Virus record (IMG/VR): IMGVR_UViG_3300036846_001604
Location: 1 to 37,105 of that record
Length of the DNA stretch: 37,105 bases
Strand: one strand, 5' to 3'
Source of the DNA: a virus
Lineage: Duplodnaviria; Caudoviricetes
Shown: in pieces, positions 34,194-37,105 of the stretch
How positions within the stretch are numbered: the stretch's first letter is position 1
How the letters are laid out: each line of letters opens with the position of its first letter
Translations under genes and position numbers: made by a program
The notes under the pieces: generated by a model
Databases searched by the model: none
What the model was told of the DNA's origin: nothing
Seen by the model: the letters and a program-made list of their open reading frames with translations, nothing else

Positions 34194-34895
34194 ATGGATG
34201 AGAATAAAGAAAAAGCCATCCGACGCCTTAAAAAGCTGATGGCGCTGACTGGTTCGTCTAATGCCAATGAAGCCTCCGCCGCACTGGCTCGCGCACAGAA
34301 GCTGGCTGACGCACACGGCATTACTCAGGATGATATTGACCTCAGTGATATTAATGAATCCATCTGTGATTACTGGCCCGTTGGGGCCTGTAATCCCCCG
34401 CACTATATGGCGTACCTGCTGCAGGTTATAAAGGACGCGTTTGGGGTGGATTGTATTCTGCTGGGTGGTTGCGGCGTCAGCTTTTACGGCTTATATAACC
34501 GACCGGAACTGGCGGCATACACATTTGAAGTATTAGGCCGTCAGTTAATTAAAGCCCGCAAGGGCTTTATTAAAACGCAGAATAAACGCATTAAAACCAG
34601 CACCAAAACCGCACGCGGTGACAAATTCGCCGAAGGCTGGATCATTGCGGTGCTTAATAAAATTGAGAAGCTGGCCAGAACCGCCCATGAGGTGGAACTG
34701 GCCGAGCGCTGGCTGGAGAAGAAATACACCCGCACCGTTACGCGCAATGCCCGCGAGTCGGGCAAAACCCGCGAGTCGGGCAAAACCCGCGATAACGACA
34801 ACGCCCGAAATAGCGGCTATCTCGAAGGCAGAAAGGCCGGTCTTCATCATCCCGTCAACGGGCAGGAACAGGCGAAGTTAGGAGTCTCATCATGA
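34194..34895 (+). CDS. DUF2786-domain protein
   Basis: KKLMAL..S.NANEA..AL..AQKL...HGI, A.Y.F.VL.RQL, F.EGW. Confidence 0.85.
   Translation: MDENKEKAIRRLKKLMALTGSSNANEASAALARAQKLADAHGITQDDIDLSDINESICDYWPVGACNPPHYMAYLLQVIKDAFGVDCILLGGCGVSFYGLYNRPELAAYTFEVLGRQLIKARKGFIKTQNKRIKTSTKTARGDKFAEGWIIAVLNKIEKLARTAHEVELAERWLEKKYTRTVTRNARESGKTRESGKTRDNDNARNSGYLEGRKAGLHHPVNGQEQAKLGVSS
34750..34792 (+). repeat. 18-bp in-frame tandem repeat, 2.4 copies
   Basis: CCCGCGAGTCGGGCAAAA x2 + CCCGCGA, encoding RESGKT twice. Confidence 0.95.
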
Positions 34896-35398
34896 ACAAT
34901 ATTGGAATATCACCAGCCCGCATTCAGGAAATAGCAGATCTGAATGCCAGACTGGAACATATCCAGAAATGCACTGCTATTACCTTTACAGGCGAAACCG
35001 TTATGCACCATTCACTGGTTGCAGAAATCATCCGGGCAATGACTGACCTGGCTGCACCATGTCTGACACTGGCGCAGCAGAAGCCCACAGCCTTTACTGA
35101 CAGTGACGAACTGGCAGAAATGAACGCCGGTTCGTATGCCTCAATGTTTAATCCTGAATGGTGCAGCACGCAGCGCGACTCTCGATGGCAACCACTTTAC
35201 GCCATGCCGTTCCCGGCCTTCATGTTGATTAATCGCCTGCAGATTGCACTGGCCCGCATGCTGGCTATGCATGAGATGGTCATGAACAAAACCAACATTA
35301 AAGCCAGTTTTTATGATGCTGACTGCATACGGGAAATGAACGAAGCCCCGATACAGGCCCGGCGCGTGCTTCTGGATATAAAGGATGGTGCCGCATGA
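34892..35398 (+). CDS. Hypothetical early protein
   Basis: 168 aa, SD AGGAG, ATGA overlaps. Confidence 0.75.
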   Translation: MNNIGISPARIQEIADLNARLEHIQKCTAITFTGETVMHHSLVAEIIRAMTDLAAPCLTLAQQKPTAFTDSDELAEMNAGSYASMFNPEWCSTQRDSRWQPLYAMPFPAFMLINRLQIALARMLAMHEMVMNKTNIKASFYDADCIREMNEAPIQARRVLLDIKDGAA

Positions 35399-35835
35399 AA
35401 ACAAACAGAACCAGACTCATCCAGTTTATTCATATCGCCAAAAGCCAGCTGGGTATTGATACCGACACTTACCGCCAGATGCTTCTGTCTATTACTGGCG
35501 AGACGTCAACCAGCGTTATGAATCCCGGCCAGCTCAATAAAGTTCTGGCCGCCATGAAGAAGAAAGGGTTCAAAGTAAAACCCGCCAGCAAGGCGCGCAC
35601 AACGCGCTCACTGGCGGATTCTCCACAGGCAAGAAAGTTGCGGGCGCTGTGGCTGGAGATGTACGCTCAGGGCTTTGTGCGCGACAGCTCGGAAGAGGCC
35701 CTGTGTCGGTGGGTTAAGCGGGAAACCGGCGTTGACGGACTGCAATGGCTGGAGCCGGAACTGGCCAGCGATGCAATTGAGAAGCTCAAGAACTGGCAGG
35801 AACGGGAACTGAAAAAATTACGGGGTGCAACGTGA
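35395..35835 (+). CDS. gemA: GemA / Mu gp16 family (DUF1018)
   Basis: LIQFIHIAKSQLG.D.DTYR..L, GF, K.RALW, IEKLKNW. Confidence 0.9.
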   Translation: MKTNRTRLIQFIHIAKSQLGIDTDTYRQMLLSITGETSTSVMNPGQLNKVLAAMKKKGFKVKPASKARTTRSLADSPQARKLRALWLEMYAQGFVRDSSEEALCRWVKRETGVDGLQWLEPELASDAIEKLKNWQERELKKLRGAT

Positions 35836-36419
35836 GCATCACTACACAGGGAAAATTAATGGGCGGCATCCGGGAGGCCGCCTTCTCCGTCCTTTCCCGG
35901 AACGGCTTTTCGGCTGCAGTTGCCAATACAATCAGCGTAGCCATCGTCAGGCAACTCACTTTCGCCTGGGAGGGAAATACCATCTACATAACCAAAACGC
36001 CAGACCATGAGGTTATGCGACGCAATCAGCGCATCTTCGATGAGTTTAAGGGGAATAACCACGACGCGTTAGCTGAAAAATTTGGCGTGTCCATCCAGTG
36101 GGTATACAGCATTGTTAAGGACATGAGGGATGAATACATAAAGCGTCACCAGCCGGATATGTTCAGCAACGATGAACCCGACAACAGCGATATCAGTGAT
36201 TTTATTCGGGAACAATTTAAAACCCTCGGTGACATCATGGACCATTCGGCGTACTGCCTGCGACAGCAGATACCTGATATCGGTGAAAGCGAGGCGCTGG
36301 CCATTGGCAGGGAGATAGCCTACCTGACCTCAGAACTTCGCAAGGGACAATCAGCGAACATCAAGAAAGAGAAGAATGTTTCTGATGAGGCGCAAGCTGA
36401 TATGTTCGGTGATGGATAA
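35832..36419 (+). CDS. mor: Mor/C-family transcription activator with C-terminal extension
   Basis: G..IYI.K, RNQRIFDEFKGNNH..LA.KFGVS.QWVY.IVK; last early gene after gemA as in Mu; whether it acts as Mor or C is not resolvable. Confidence 0.88.
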   Translation: MSITTQGKLMGGIREAAFSVLSRNGFSAAVANTISVAIVRQLTFAWEGNTIYITKTPDHEVMRRNQRIFDEFKGNNHDALAEKFGVSIQWVYSIVKDMRDEYIKRHQPDMFSNDEPDNSDISDFIREQFKTLGDIMDHSAYCLRQQIPDIGESEALAIGREIAYLTSELRKGQSANIKKEKNVSDEAQADMFGDG

Positions 36420-36463
36420 ATTAAAGCGGTTTAAAGGCGTCGGCGCTGACGGGCTGGCAATAT
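36420..36463 (+). promoter_or_regulatory. Predicted activator-dependent promoter (palindrome 36420-36435, 22 bp spacer, -10 CAATAT 36458-36463)
   Basis: Fifth copy of the recurring motif, same spacing. Confidence 0.6.
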
Positions 36464-36464
36464 G

Positions 36465-36496
36465 AAAGCACGGTGGATTTTCCAGCGTGCTTTTTT
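36465..36496 (+). terminator. Rho-independent terminator of early operon
   Basis: AAAGCACG-G-TGGA/TTT/TCCA-G-CGTGCTTT stem followed by T6. Confidence 0.8.
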
Positions 36497-36580
36497 GTCT
36501 GGCATAGCGATTTCCCTCGTATAGCTGAGCCGGAATCCGGGCGATGAAATGTCTTGATAAACACGAGGTCAGGGGGTTAA

Positions 36581-37105
36581 ATGTTGACTATATATCAGCC
36601 ACTCAATGGTATGAAAATGATAAAATTTCAGGATATCAGAAATAAATACAATGAAGTTGTACAGCTTCAAAAAGAGGAAAATGAGCGTCTGCGACAAGTT
36701 GCTGAGATGGTCATGTGTCATTTTGAAAACTCTTTAGCCCTTGAGCAACCAACATGGACAAACTTAGATGGTGATCAAGCAAACAAGTATGTCTTTATCT
36801 CCACTGACAGAGGGGGAGTAAAAACTCAGGCAGCCTTACATGAGCTAACTCCTGATACTCGGGGAATACTTTCATTTTTCATCGGGCTTACAGTGGATAA
36901 ATCGCCAATATCCTTCCCTAAAGTGAACTTGTTCACCAAGTTATCATTGTGCTGTAATGGAAATGGATTCACGGCGACAGTTGGTGATGGTCTGTTTGAG
37001 ACGGAGCTGAGTGCCATACCAACAGAGTCAGAATTGGCTGGTATATCTGAAGCCACTAAACGTGCGATGCTTTGCGACCTTGATAATTGCACCCCAAAAA
37101 GATGA
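36581..37105 (+). CDS. Hypothetical AT-rich accessory protein
   Basis: 174 aa ORF ending at window edge; start uncertain (36581/36611/36617); may or may not be inside the prophage. Confidence 0.72.
   Translation: MLTIYQPLNGMKMIKFQDIRNKYNEVVQLQKEENERLRQVAEMVMCHFENSLALEQPTWTNLDGDQANKYVFISTDRGGVKTQAALHELTPDTRGILSFFIGLTVDKSPISFPKVNLFTKLSLCCNGNGFTATVGDGLFETELSAIPTESELAGISEATKRAMLCDLDNCTPKR

Larger units (their letters stand above)
1..36496. mobile_element. Mu-like transposable prophage, BcepMu/B3-type divergent organisation with P2-like contractile tail (ends not visible in window)
   Basis: DDE transposase + MuB-like ATPase, gam, gemA, Mor, Mu-type terminase/portal/gpF/gpG/protease, P2-like sheath/tube/baseplate; early and late arms diverge from a central repressor. 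Confidence 0.96.

Noticed and set aside
36497-36580. Possible prophage right end / transposase-binding repeats
   Set aside because: No repeated end motifs could be identified, and the left end is unavailable for comparison.
26670-37092. Minus-strand ORFs overlapping the early operon and last gene
   Set aside because: Antisense shadows without supporting motifs.
1-37105. CRISPR array, tRNA/rRNA, IS elements, reverse transcriptase/DGR
   Set aside because: No regularly spaced repeats, RNA-gene signatures, second transposase or RT motifs seen by eye.

Overview
Nearly the whole window is one transposable (Mu-like) prophage, probably enterobacterial (inferred from gene families). It has the BcepMu/B3-type layout: a central immunity region with two divergent arms. 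The late arm (minus strand, about 1-23260) runs lysis, terminase/portal/head, then a P2-like contractile tail. It ends in a tail-fibre gene that runs off the left edge at a gix-like invertase crossover site. The centre (about 23390-26280) holds a small P-loop protein, a Dam/D12-class adenine methyltransferase, an AT-rich two-gene accessory module and an XRE repressor. The early arm (plus strand, 26284-36419) carries a Ner/Cro-like regulator, DDE transposase, MuB-like ATPase, gam, gemA and a Mor/C-family activator. Neither prophage end is identifiable. Most notable signals: (1) a bistable, riboswitch-like RNA leader gating the methylase RBS; (2) a free-standing paralog of the transposase beta-barrel between the A and B genes; (3) three tandem paralogous small proteins ahead of the transposase; (4) a 16-bp palindrome exactly 22 bp from a -10-like box at five loci (six predicted promoters); (5) a candidate +1 UUU_CGA frameshift in the tail chaperone; (6) several candidate defence/anti-defence morons. 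All family calls come from motif recognition by eye; no database searches were run.
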